Assembly (NCBI GenBank): GCA_937960415.1
Contig: CALGPK010000031.1
Span: 36,119 to 100,118 of the forward strand
Origin: an uncultured Bacteroidales bacterium
GTDB taxonomy: Bacteria; Bacteroidota; Bacteroidia; Bacteroidales; GWA2-32-17
Direction: 5' to 3'
DNA length: 64,000 nt
How positions within the stretch are numbered: the stretch's first letter is position 1; each line of letters starts with the position of its first letter. The position numbers were made by a program, and so were the translations under genes. Of this stretch, positions 1 through 8,528 are shown in pieces. A model generated the notes under the pieces. That model saw only the letters and a program-made list of their open reading frames with translations. It was not told the DNA's origin and ran no database searches.

Positions 1-844
1 CCCCTTAACAGGTAAGGTACATATCCGAAAAGTCGAAAATAAAAGTAATATTCGCTATCAAGCCGAAGATATTAAAAAAGGTGAACGCATACTCAGCAGT
101 GGAACACTTATTCGTCCTCAAGAAGTTGCTACACTAGCATCTGTTGGAAGAACTACCGTGCAGGTATTTCAAAAACCCACAGTTATTATAGCCTCTACAG
201 GCAACGAATTGGTAGAACCACATCATACGCCTACCGACTATCAGATACGCAATTCAAATGCTTATCAACTACTTGCACAATGCCATCGGATGAACATCTA
301 CGCATCGTACCATGGCATCATCGCCGATAACGAAACCATTACATACCACCATTTAAAAGAAATTAGCCAACCATATGACGTAGTTATTCTTACTGGTGGT
401 GTTTCTATGGGAGATTTTGATTTCGTTCCCCAAACTATTGAAAAACTCGGATATAAAATCGTGTTCAAATCTATTGCTGTTCAACCAGGCAAGCCCACCA
501 TGATGGCCCAAAAAGACAACAAGGTAATTTTCGGATTACCTGGCAATCCAGTATCTTCTTTTATTCAATTCGAACTTGTTGTGAAGCCATTTTTATACAA
601 GCTCATGGGACATACTTATCGTGTAAGCGAAATTTTATTGCCTCTTGCACATGATTACCGATCAAAAAAAACCGATCGTACCAGATTAGTACCAATAAAA
701 ATAGAAGATAACAAAGTAGTAGCGGTTGAATATCACGGCTCAGCTCATTTGTTTGCCCTTAATGAGGCAGAAGGAATAATCCGTATCGAACCCAATGTAA
801 CTCAAATCGATGCTGGAACCTATGTTACTGTACGACTCTTTTAA
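1..844 (+). CDS. moeA: Molybdopterin molybdenumtransferase MoeA, C-terminal part (5' end outside window)
   Basis: The frame is open from the window edge (PLTGKVHIRKVENKSNIRYQAEDIKKGERILSSGTLIRPQEVATLASVGRTTVQVFQKP). MoeA-type motifs are present: IIASTGNELVEP, LTGGVSMGDFDFV, GLPGNPVSS. Confidence 0.85.
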   Translation, partial: PLTGKVHIRKVENKSNIRYQAEDIKKGERILSSGTLIRPQEVATLASVGRTTVQVFQKPTVIIASTGNELVEPHHTPTDYQIRNSNAYQLLAQCHRMNIYASYHGIIADNETITYHHLKEISQPYDVVILTGGVSMGDFDFVPQTIEKLGYKIVFKSIAVQPGKPTMMAQKDNKVIFGLPGNPVSSFIQFELVVKPFLYKLMGHTYRVSEILLPLAHDYRSKKTDRTRLVPIKIEDNKVVAVEYHGSAHLFALNEAEGIIRIEPNVTQIDAGTYVTVRLF

Positions 845-1625
845 TCGCCAAATCAATTACCTGAGAATTTCGGTTACCGACCGATGCAATTTTCGCTGCA
901 CTTATTGCATGCCTCAGGAAGGCGTACAGCACATAGCGCACGAACATATATTGCGTTACGAGGAAATTATCGAATTTGTAAGAATTGCCGTTAAATACGG
1001 AATCAATAAAATTCGTATCACCGGTGGAGAGCCTTTGGTTAGAAAAGGTATTGTACAATTTATCGAAATGCTTTCCCAAATAAAGGGAATAACCGACCTA
1101 TCACTTACTACCAATGGCTTTTTGCTCGAAGAGATGGCACCCGATATCAAAAAAGCCGGTATCCATCGCATCAATATTAGTTTAGATACACTCAACTCCG
1201 ATAATTTTAAAGCCATTACACGAGGAGGCAGTGTAGACAAAGTCGTTAATGGTATTCTTAAAGCTAAAGAATTAGGCTTTCACCCCATTAAAATTAATGT
1301 CGTAAAAGGCATACAAACAGAACAAGAAATAGAAGAACTTAAAAAATTTGCCCTGCAACACCATTTAGAATTACGTTTCATTCAACTCATGAATTTAAAA
1401 CATGGTGTATTTTCCAGAGTAGAGGGCGGCGAAGGTGGAGCATGTCATTCATGCAACCGTCTTCGTCTGACAGCCGATGGATATCTTATGCCTTGTCTTT
1501 TTAACGATATTAAATATCATATTCGCACATACGGCTACGAAGAAGCACTACTTAAAGCAGTTAATACAAAACCCTTGTCGGGAACTCACAATTTAAGTCG
1601 TTGTTTCTATAACGTTGGCGGTTAG
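810..1625 (+). CDS. moaA: GTP 3',8-cyclase MoaA (radical SAM), unusually compact at 271 aa
   Basis: N-terminal [19 protein letters not shown] radical-SAM cluster motif and GGEPLVRKG. Second cluster [21 protein letters not shown]-terminal GG tail. ATG at 810 overlaps the moeA end. Confidence 0.85.
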   Translation: MLEPMLLYDSFNRQINYLRISVTDRCNFRCTYCMPQEGVQHIAHEHILRYEEIIEFVRIAVKYGINKIRITGGEPLVRKGIVQFIEMLSQIKGITDLSLTTNGFLLEEMAPDIKKAGIHRINISLDTLNSDNFKAITRGGSVDKVVNGILKAKELGFHPIKINVVKGIQTEQEIEELKKFALQHHLELRFIQLMNLKHGVFSRVEGGEGGACHSCNRLRLTADGYLMPCLFNDIKYHIRTYGYEEALLKAVNTKPLSGTHNLSRCFYNVGG

Positions 1626-2353
1626 TTTTTTAACTGTTCCAGGTACATTTGTATTGTCTTCTCAAGTCCAAAATAAAGGGCATCACTTATCAAAGCATGA
1701 CCAATCGAAACCTCCAATAAATGTGGAATATTTTGTACAAAATAACGAAGATTTTGCAAGTTCAAATCGTGGCCAGCATTTAATCCAAGCCCAACCTCAT
1801 TGGCTACTTCGGCAGCTTTAATAAAAGGCTCAATGGCTTGCTCACGATTAACTTCGTACATACTAGCATACGGCTCAGTGTACAGTTCTACCCTATCGGT
1901 TCCGGTTTCCTTTGCCCAGCGAATATTTTCAAGGTCGGTTTCAACAAAAAGCGATGTTCTAATACCTACCTCGTGCATTTCGCGAATTACTTTTTTTAAA
2001 AAATATATGTTAGGCTTTATTTGCCACCCCGCATTGCTGGTTAACGCATCTGGGGGATCGGGCACAAAGGTTACCTGAGCCGGTTTAACCGTTTTTACCA
2101 GTTGCAAAAATTTTTCCGAAGGATAGCCTTCTATATTGAACTCTACGTTTATAAGTTTGCTAATTTCATACACATCACTATAACGAATATGCCGCTCATC
2201 GGGACGAGGATGAACAGTAATGCCTTGTGCACCAAATCGTTCACAATCAACGGCAGCTTTAGCAACATTAGGAATATTTCCACCTCGAGCGTTCCTAATT
2301 GTTGCAATTTTATTTATATTTACGCTCAACTTTGTCATCTTTTTTTGTGGCAA
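1622..2353 (-). CDS. pdxJ: Pyridoxine 5'-phosphate synthase
   Basis: 243 aa. [35 protein letters not shown] and ELYTEPYA motifs are typical of PdxJ. Confidence 0.9.
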   Translation of the reverse strand: MPQKKMTKLSVNINKIATIRNARGGNIPNVAKAAVDCERFGAQGITVHPRPDERHIRYSDVYEISKLINVEFNIEGYPSEKFLQLVKTVKPAQVTFVPDPPDALTSNAGWQIKPNIYFLKKVIREMHEVGIRTSLFVETDLENIRWAKETGTDRVELYTEPYASMYEVNREQAIEPFIKAAEVANEVGLGLNAGHDLNLQNLRYFVQNIPHLLEVSIGHALISDALYFGLEKTIQMYLEQLKN

Positions 2354-2382
2354 AGTTAAAAAGTAGAATTAAAGTTTTCAAC

Positions 2383-3048
2383 ATGATAGCAAAAGAATTA
2401 ATATCCGAAGTAGTCCCTCCTGTTAAAACGTCGGATACCGGTATGCAAGCACTGCATTGGATGGAGTTTTTTCGCATATCGCATCTGCCCATTGTCAACG
2501 AAAAAGAACTGCTTGGTCTGATTTCCGATATCGATATATACGATTTAAACTCACCCGAAGAACCCATTGGCAATCACTCACTTTCTAATTCATCGCCTTT
2601 TGTTTTTGAACATCAACATATTTTTGAAGTAGCACAAAAAGTTGCCGAACATAAACTTACCATTATCCCGGTACTTAACGAAAAAAAAGAATACATCGGA
2701 CTAATTACATTACAAGAATTGCTTCAGGGATTAGCAAAAGTTACCAACATTGAAAAACACGGAGCTATCATTGTTCTCGAAATGAATATACGCGACTACT
2801 CGCTGGTTGAAATTTCTCAAATTGTTGAAAGCGAAGATGCAAAAATATTATCGTTATACATCTCTACTACCGACGACAGTACTAAGATAGACGTAACCCT
2901 TAAAATTAACCAGGACGACATTAGCCGAATCATTGCTTCATTTAACCGATATAATTACATTATCAAAAACACATTCATGAACACCTCCGATCTCGACGAA
3001 TTTTATCAAAACCGCCTCGATTCTTTTTTTCGTTTTCTTAATACCTAA
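2383..3048 (+). CDS. CBS domain pair protein
   Basis: ATG at 2383 chosen; the longer ORF from 2299 would overlap the pdxJ start. Two CBS-like units (ALHWMEFFRISHLPIVNEKELLGLISDIDI and VAEHKLTIIPVLNEKKEYIGLITLQELL). Confidence 0.75.
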   Translation: MIAKELISEVVPPVKTSDTGMQALHWMEFFRISHLPIVNEKELLGLISDIDIYDLNSPEEPIGNHSLSNSSPFVFEHQHIFEVAQKVAEHKLTIIPVLNEKKEYIGLITLQELLQGLAKVTNIEKHGAIIVLEMNIRDYSLVEISQIVESEDAKILSLYISTTDDSTKIDVTLKINQDDISRIIASFNRYNYIIKNTFMNTSDLDEFYQNRLDSFFRFLNT

Positions 3049-3050
3049 AA

Positions 3051-4406
3051 ATGAAATATTTAGTAGCCATACTATACATTGTTTTCGTATTCTCTGCACA
3101 GGCACAATTTTTAATTGTTAAAGACATAGTTTTCGAAGGAAATAAAAAAACCAAGTCCTTTATTATCGAACGCGAACTAACTTTTAAACGAGGCGACACA
3201 CTATGGTTACCATACTTAAAAAAGCATTTCGAACAATCAGAGCAAAATATACTTAAAACAGCATTATTTAATTTTGCTACCATCGATACTCTTAAAACAT
3301 TCAACCATCTGGCTTACATTAAAATATCGGTTATAGAACGATGGTATCTATGGCCTATTCCAATTTTTGAACAGGCATCAAGAAACATCAACACATGGTT
3401 TTACGAAAAAGATTACGACAAAATAAACTATGGACTTTTTGTAGCACAGGCAAATTTTAGAGGAAGAGACGAATTGCTGCGAGCCATTGCTCGTTTCGGA
3501 TTTCGCGAACAATACGGATTTGCATATACTATCCCACACTTTTTAAATAGCAATACTGTTGGCATTGAACTAAAAGCTCTTTATTACCGCCAGAAACAAC
3601 TTGCTTACAAAAACATCGATAATAAGCCTATTTACATTGCAAGTAACAAGTATCTTTATACCAATTACGATTTCACATTTGAGCTTTCTTACCGGCCCAA
3701 GCTATACGCTACTCACAGCATCGAAATTTCTTACAAACAGCATCAAATAGCCGATAGCCTTTTCCTGCTCAATCCCTACTTCATCTACGATTCGCTTCAA
3801 CAAATATCATATCCGTGTATAAGCTATTTCTTCCATTACGACAAAACCAACTCAATTGCCTATCCCACCAAAGGCTTTTTTGTCGAACAAACCTCGACAT
3901 TCGAAGGCAACTTACACTCAACCTTCAATATTCCATCCATTAGGCTTAAAGGAGCTCTATATTACCCTGTTGGCAAGCGATTATATCATGCACACGGCCT
4001 AACACTCTATTATTCGCATACAACCAAAAAGGGATATCTCGTTCAGAAAGCCTTCGGATACAAAACTTCGCCACGCGGATACGAATTATACCTTATCGAC
4101 GGAAATGGCTATCTATTATGGCAAAATAGCCTTCGGTTTATGTTAGTTAAACCTCAAATTCAAAATATATACAAACTTAAAAACGAACGATTTGCAAAAT
4201 TTCACTATGCTTTCTACTTATCACTCAATGGCGATGTAGCTTATGTTACCAACCATCACTACGAACCACTTACCAACCAATGGCTATACGGCTATGGAAT
4301 AGGTTTAGATTTTGTAACATACTACGATATAACATTGCGTACAGAATTCTCGTTTAACCACTTGGGAAAAAGCGGAATTTATTTTCATTTTTCAACATTT
4401 ATTTAA
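3051..4406 (+). CDS. Omp85/BamA-TamA family outer-membrane protein (single POTRA plus beta-barrel)
   Basis: Signal peptide MKYLVAILYIVFVFSAQAQ. POTRA-like IVKDIVFEGNKKTKSFIIERELTFKRGD. The rest is rich in aromatic/alternating barrel strands. Confidence 0.6.
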   Translation: MKYLVAILYIVFVFSAQAQFLIVKDIVFEGNKKTKSFIIERELTFKRGDTLWLPYLKKHFEQSEQNILKTALFNFATIDTLKTFNHLAYIKISVIERWYLWPIPIFEQASRNINTWFYEKDYDKINYGLFVAQANFRGRDELLRAIARFGFREQYGFAYTIPHFLNSNTVGIELKALYYRQKQLAYKNIDNKPIYIASNKYLYTNYDFTFELSYRPKLYATHSIEISYKQHQIADSLFLLNPYFIYDSLQQISYPCISYFFHYDKTNSIAYPTKGFFVEQTSTFEGNLHSTFNIPSIRLKGALYYPVGKRLYHAHGLTLYYSHTTKKGYLVQKAFGYKTSPRGYELYLIDGNGYLLWQNSLRFMLVKPQIQNIYKLKNERFAKFHYAFYLSLNGDVAYVTNHHYEPLTNQWLYGYGIGLDFVTYYDITLRTEFSFNHLGKSGIYFHFSTFI

Positions 4407-4411
4407 AAACT

Positions 4412-5302
4412 ATGACCAATATCGGAATTTATACCAATCTACAGTTTCGTGAATATCAAAACGAATTATTACTTTTAATACAATCACTAACATCTCACAA
4501 AAAAAACATTTATCTGCATAAAAGTATTGACGAAACAATACTAAAAAATTTTTCTTCAACCGATTTATTAAAAAAAATAAACTTTTACGATAACCTTCAA
4601 CTTATAGCCAAAAAACTCGATTTACTAATAACTATCGGAGGAGACGGAACTATTTTAGAAAGCATCCATCATTTGCAAGAACATATTCAAACTCCGGTGC
4701 TTGGAATTAACAGTGGACGATTAGGTTTTCTTGCCAGCATCAACATATCAGAAATCAATACAGCAATTCTGCAGCTGCTTAATCAAAATTACAGTATCGA
4801 ACACAGAAGCATGATAGAACTTTGTGGCGAAAAAATGTTCGATGGTGGTAATATGGCTTTAAACGAATTTACCATTCACAAACTTGACACATCATCGATG
4901 ATTAGTATTGAGTTGTACATCAACCAACAACATGTAAATACATACTGGGCAGATGGACTCATTATTTCTACACCTACGGGAAGTACAGCTTATTCATTAT
5001 CGGCCGGAGGACCAATAATCCATCCTCAATCCAATAGTTTGGTCATAACACCTATCGCTGCACACAACCTTAACGTCAGACCTCTGGTAGTACCAGATGA
5101 TGTTCTTTTATACCTTAAAGTTAGCGGAAGAGCTGAACATTGCATGATTTCGATGGATCATTTATCGAAAGCAGTAAACATAAATTCAACATTTACTATT
5201 AAAAAATCAAAAAAAACAGCAAAATTTCTTAACTTATATTCATCTAATTTTTACAATACATTAAAAAACAAACTCTTATGGGGCGCCGATAGACGTAATT
5301 AG
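4412..5302 (+). CDS. nadK: NAD kinase
   Basis: 296 aa. GGDGT motif (ITIGGDGTILE), STPTGSTAYSLSAGGPI motif. Confidence 0.9.
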   Translation: MTNIGIYTNLQFREYQNELLLLIQSLTSHKKNIYLHKSIDETILKNFSSTDLLKKINFYDNLQLIAKKLDLLITIGGDGTILESIHHLQEHIQTPVLGINSGRLGFLASINISEINTAILQLLNQNYSIEHRSMIELCGEKMFDGGNMALNEFTIHKLDTSSMISIELYINQQHVNTYWADGLIISTPTGSTAYSLSAGGPIIHPQSNSLVITPIAAHNLNVRPLVVPDDVLLYLKVSGRAEHCMISMDHLSKAVNINSTFTIKKSKKTAKFLNLYSSNFYNTLKNKLLWGADRRN

Positions 5303-5345
5303 TTTTTTTTAACCTTATAATTACTTATTTTTTTTCACTCAATCG

Positions 5346-5376
5346 TTTGTAATAAAATATAAAATACATATTTTTG
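5346..5376 (+). promoter_or_regulatory. Bacteroidota-type promoter (-33 TTTG / -7 TAnnTTTG) for the DUF6089-uppS-bamA gene run
   Basis: TTTG at 5346-5349 and TATTTTTG at 5369-5376, 19-nt spacer, about 31 nt upstream of ATG 5407. Confidence 0.5.
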
Positions 5377-5406
5377 AACTCAAAATTATGTAACTTTTCT
5401 ACTGTT

Positions 5407-6312
5407 ATGAGTAGAACTAAAATAATATTGTTTTTATTTATTTTAATCCCTGTGTTTGTTAATGCACAATCTCAATCGCGGTGGAAACGCATGCGATACG
5501 AAATGTTTTACGGACTTGGAGCTACTAACTTCCTCGGCGAACTTGGTGGTGCAGATCAGGAAGGGACAAACTTTTTACGCGACCTCGAAATCTCTATGAC
5601 AAGGCTTGCTACTCACATAGGACTTCGCTACCGTATTAGCGAAACTTTTTCTACCAAAGCCATGCTTTCTTACGGACTTCTTAGAGGAGATGATAAACTA
5701 ACTAATGAAACATACAGACACTATCGTAACCTTGCATTTCGTTCACCCATCATAGAACTTTCGAACCAATTTGAGTACTCCATCATTCGCGAAAAACAAG
5801 GGCACCGATACAATCTGCGTAGAGTTAGAGGATTAAAAGGATTTAAAACCAACACATACTTTTTCGTGGGATTTGGAGTTATATATTTCAATCCAAAGAA
5901 TAAATATCAAGGGAAATGGTATGCACTTCAACCTCTGGGAACCGAAGGTCAGGGACTTGTCCCTACCCGTCCGAAATATTCGCGAATAAGTGCATGCATC
6001 CCTTATGGCATTGGTTTTAAATATGGTCTCAATCGACGCACCAATATTGGCATTGAATTTGGAGCAAGAAAAACATTTACCGATTACATCGACGATGTCA
6101 GTACAACTTATTTCGATAACCAGATGATACGTGAAGCTCGCGGAGATATTGCTGCCTACTTTGCCGACCCATCCGACGGTACACATCCCAATTGGACTAC
6201 TGCTTACGAACAACGTGGCGACGCAAAAGATAAAGACTCTTATATGTTTTTAATCGTAAATCTAACCTATAAGCTTTACACAACAAGAGGAGGATTACCT
6301 AAATTCAGATAA
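5407..6312 (+). CDS. DUF6089-like outer-membrane beta-barrel protein, paralog 1
   Basis: ATG 5407 gives signal peptide MSRTKIILFLFILIPVFVNAQ. Motifs RWKRMRYE, NLAFRSPIIELSNQFEYSI. C-terminal GGLPKFR. Confidence 0.6.
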   Translation: MSRTKIILFLFILIPVFVNAQSQSRWKRMRYEMFYGLGATNFLGELGGADQEGTNFLRDLEISMTRLATHIGLRYRISETFSTKAMLSYGLLRGDDKLTNETYRHYRNLAFRSPIIELSNQFEYSIIREKQGHRYNLRRVRGLKGFKTNTYFFVGFGVIYFNPKNKYQGKWYALQPLGTEGQGLVPTRPKYSRISACIPYGIGFKYGLNRRTNIGIEFGARKTFTDYIDDVSTTYFDNQMIREARGDIAAYFADPSDGTHPNWTTAYEQRGDAKDKDSYMFLIVNLTYKLYTTRGGLPKFR

Positions 6313-7058
6313 TGGGACAACAACTAAAAATATTACTTATACTTTTTATCTTAATATCGAACATATCATACTCTCAACGATGGAAACGATGGAGATACGA
6401 AGTTCATGTTGCTGCAGGACCTACCCTTTTTTATGGAGAACTCGGAGGAGCCAACAAACCCGGCACACACTTTATGGGAGATATAGATCTTCGTAGCACA
6501 CGTTACAATTTATCTATCGGAGCACGATATAAACTTAGAGAAAAATTTGCTATCAAAGTTAATTTCATTTACGGACGCCTTCATGGTAGCGATGCATACA
6601 CCGAATATTACCCACGACGAAACAGAAACGCCAGTTTTTACTCCGGATTCTTCGAATCATCAGTATATGCCGAATATTCCATATTAAAAGAGCGTCTGGG
6701 TGTACGATATACTATTCAAAACATAAAAAGATTTAAACTTAAATACGTAAATACCTACGTATTTGTAGGTGCAGGAAGTATCGTTTTCAACCCACATACA
6801 ACAAACAAAGATTACCCAACTAATAAAAACGAAAAATATAGTAAAATAAATGCTGTAATTCCAATCGGATTTGGATTTCGTTACGGTTTCAACAGAAGAA
6901 CTACTATTGGTATTGAATTCGGACAGCGATATACATCAACAGATTATTTAGACGGATTTTCCGATAAACACTCCAAAGCCCGCGATTCATACGCATCTGT
7001 TTTCGCTATATTTACCTATAAATTATCAACTGCAAGAAGTGGATTACCAAAGTTCTAA
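6312..7058 (+). CDS. DUF6089-like outer-membrane beta-barrel protein, paralog 2
   Basis: Signal peptide. RWKRWRYE and TTIGIEFGQRYTSTDYLDG match paralog 1 (TNIGIEFGARKTFTDYIDD). C-terminal SGLPKF. The start shares one base with the upstream stop. Confidence 0.6.
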   Translation: MGQQLKILLILFILISNISYSQRWKRWRYEVHVAAGPTLFYGELGGANKPGTHFMGDIDLRSTRYNLSIGARYKLREKFAIKVNFIYGRLHGSDAYTEYYPRRNRNASFYSGFFESSVYAEYSILKERLGVRYTIQNIKRFKLKYVNTYVFVGAGSIVFNPHTTNKDYPTNKNEKYSKINAVIPIGFGFRYGFNRRTTIGIEFGQRYTSTDYLDGFSDKHSKARDSYASVFAIFTYKLSTARSGLPKF

Positions 7059-7774
7059 TGAAATACTCTACCAAACACATATCACTTTATATAATACTAT
7101 CAATTTTTAGTATTAGTGCTTACAATCAGGGTAAGCTCGAAAGAAATTTAGACTTTGGTATTTTTGGTGGTGCTTCGTATTATCAAGGCGATATAAACCA
7201 TTCACGACTGCTTTATAAACCCATGCTATCGTATGGAGGACTACTTCGCTATGCTTTTCATACTCGATGGGCATTAAGAGCCAGTATTTTCGGTGGAACA
7301 CTTAAAGGCAATGATGTTGACTTTAAAAATAATTACCAGTTATTCAGAAGTGCTACTTTCTCAACACCCATTGTAGAAGTTACAGGACAAATCGAATGCA
7401 ATTTTTTACCCTATCGTATCGGCGATAAAAAGAAAAACTGGACACCATATATTGCAACCGGTGCAACTTTTTTAGTCGCTTCCTATGCCGATCATGTATA
7501 TCAACCCGCTATTGCATTTGGAATTGGACTTAAAAAAAATTTTTCCAGCCGATTTAGTCTTGGACTTGAATGGACTTATCGTAAAACTTTTACCGACGGA
7601 CTGGACAATCTTTCCTGGTACAAAACCATACCTACCACTACCACCGAAAACGCCCATCTTATTATGAAACAAAAAGCTTATTATCATCAAAAAGATTATT
7701 ACGCTTTTATAGGAATATTTTTTACATATAAACTAAAATTTTTTGAAGAAGTTTGCAATGCGTTCGAATATTAA
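7058..7774 (+). CDS. DUF6089 family outer-membrane beta-barrel protein, paralog 3
   Basis: Signal peptide. FGIFGGASYYQGDIN, ATFSTPIVEVTGQIECNF, LGLEWTYRKTFTDGLDN. Position directly upstream of uppS. Confidence 0.6.
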   Translation: MKYSTKHISLYIILSIFSISAYNQGKLERNLDFGIFGGASYYQGDINHSRLLYKPMLSYGGLLRYAFHTRWALRASIFGGTLKGNDVDFKNNYQLFRSATFSTPIVEVTGQIECNFLPYRIGDKKKNWTPYIATGATFLVASYADHVYQPAIAFGIGLKKNFSSRFSLGLEWTYRKTFTDGLDNLSWYKTIPTTTTENAHLIMKQKAYYHQKDYYAFIGIFFTYKLKFFEEVCNAFEY

Positions 7775-8528
7775 CCTGAAAGAGCTTATTGACCCTGCTA
7801 AACTACCACAACATGTTGCCATTATTATGGATGGTAACGGTCGTTGGGCAAAAAAGCAAGGGCTTTCGCGTATCTATGGACACCAAAAGGGTGCCGATGC
7901 TGTTCGAAATGTTACCGAAGCTTGTGCCGAGTTAAGTATTCCTTACCTTACACTTTATGCTTTTTCGACCGAAAACTGGAACCGTCCAAAAGAAGAAATT
8001 GACGCATTGATGAATTTACTTGTCGAAACCATAAATAAAGAATTACCAACATTACAAAAAAACAACATTAAACTCAATGCCATTGGAAATCTTAGACAAT
8101 TACCAGAGCATGCATATCAAAAACTCCTGCAAACAATAGAATCAACCCAATATAACACCCATCTAACTTTAACCATAGCACTAAGCTACAGCTCACATTG
8201 GGAAATTACAGAAATGGTAAGATCCATTGCTCACAAAATTAAATTCGGCGAAATTTTGCCCGAAAATATAGACCAAAAACTTATCGAACAAAACTTAAAT
8301 ACTTACCCTATACCTTTTCCCGACTTACTTATTAGAACAAGCGGAGAACACCGTATAAGCAATTTTTTACTGTACCAGTTAGCTTACACAGAGCTTTACT
8401 TTACCGAAACATTGTGGCCCGATTATTCTAAAGACGACTTCTATAAAGCCATTATAGATTATCAAAAACGTGAACGACGCTTCGGAAAAATTTCCGAACA
8501 AATTCAATCAAATCAAAACGAGAAATGA
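7743..8528 (+). CDS. uppS: Undecaprenyl-diphosphate synthase (isoprenyl transferase)
   Basis: HVAIIMDGNGRWAKK, LTLYAFSTENWNRP, IRTSGEHRISNFLLYQLAYTELYF. An alternative ATG lies at 7758. Confidence 0.9.
   Translation: MKKFAMRSNINLKELIDPAKLPQHVAIIMDGNGRWAKKQGLSRIYGHQKGADAVRNVTEACAELSIPYLTLYAFSTENWNRPKEEIDALMNLLVETINKELPTLQKNNIKLNAIGNLRQLPEHAYQKLLQTIESTQYNTHLTLTIALSYSSHWEITEMVRSIAHKIKFGEILPENIDQKLIEQNLNTYPIPFPDLLIRTSGEHRISNFLLYQLAYTELYFTETLWPDYSKDDFYKAIIDYQKRERRFGKISEQIQSNQNEK

Noticed and set aside
2299-2382. A 28-codon N-terminal extension of the CBS-domain ORF that overlaps the pdxJ start.
   Set aside because: The extension is low-complexity ([16 protein letters not shown]). It lies in the divergent promoter region. 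The ATG at 2383 gives a typical CBS-protein N-terminus.
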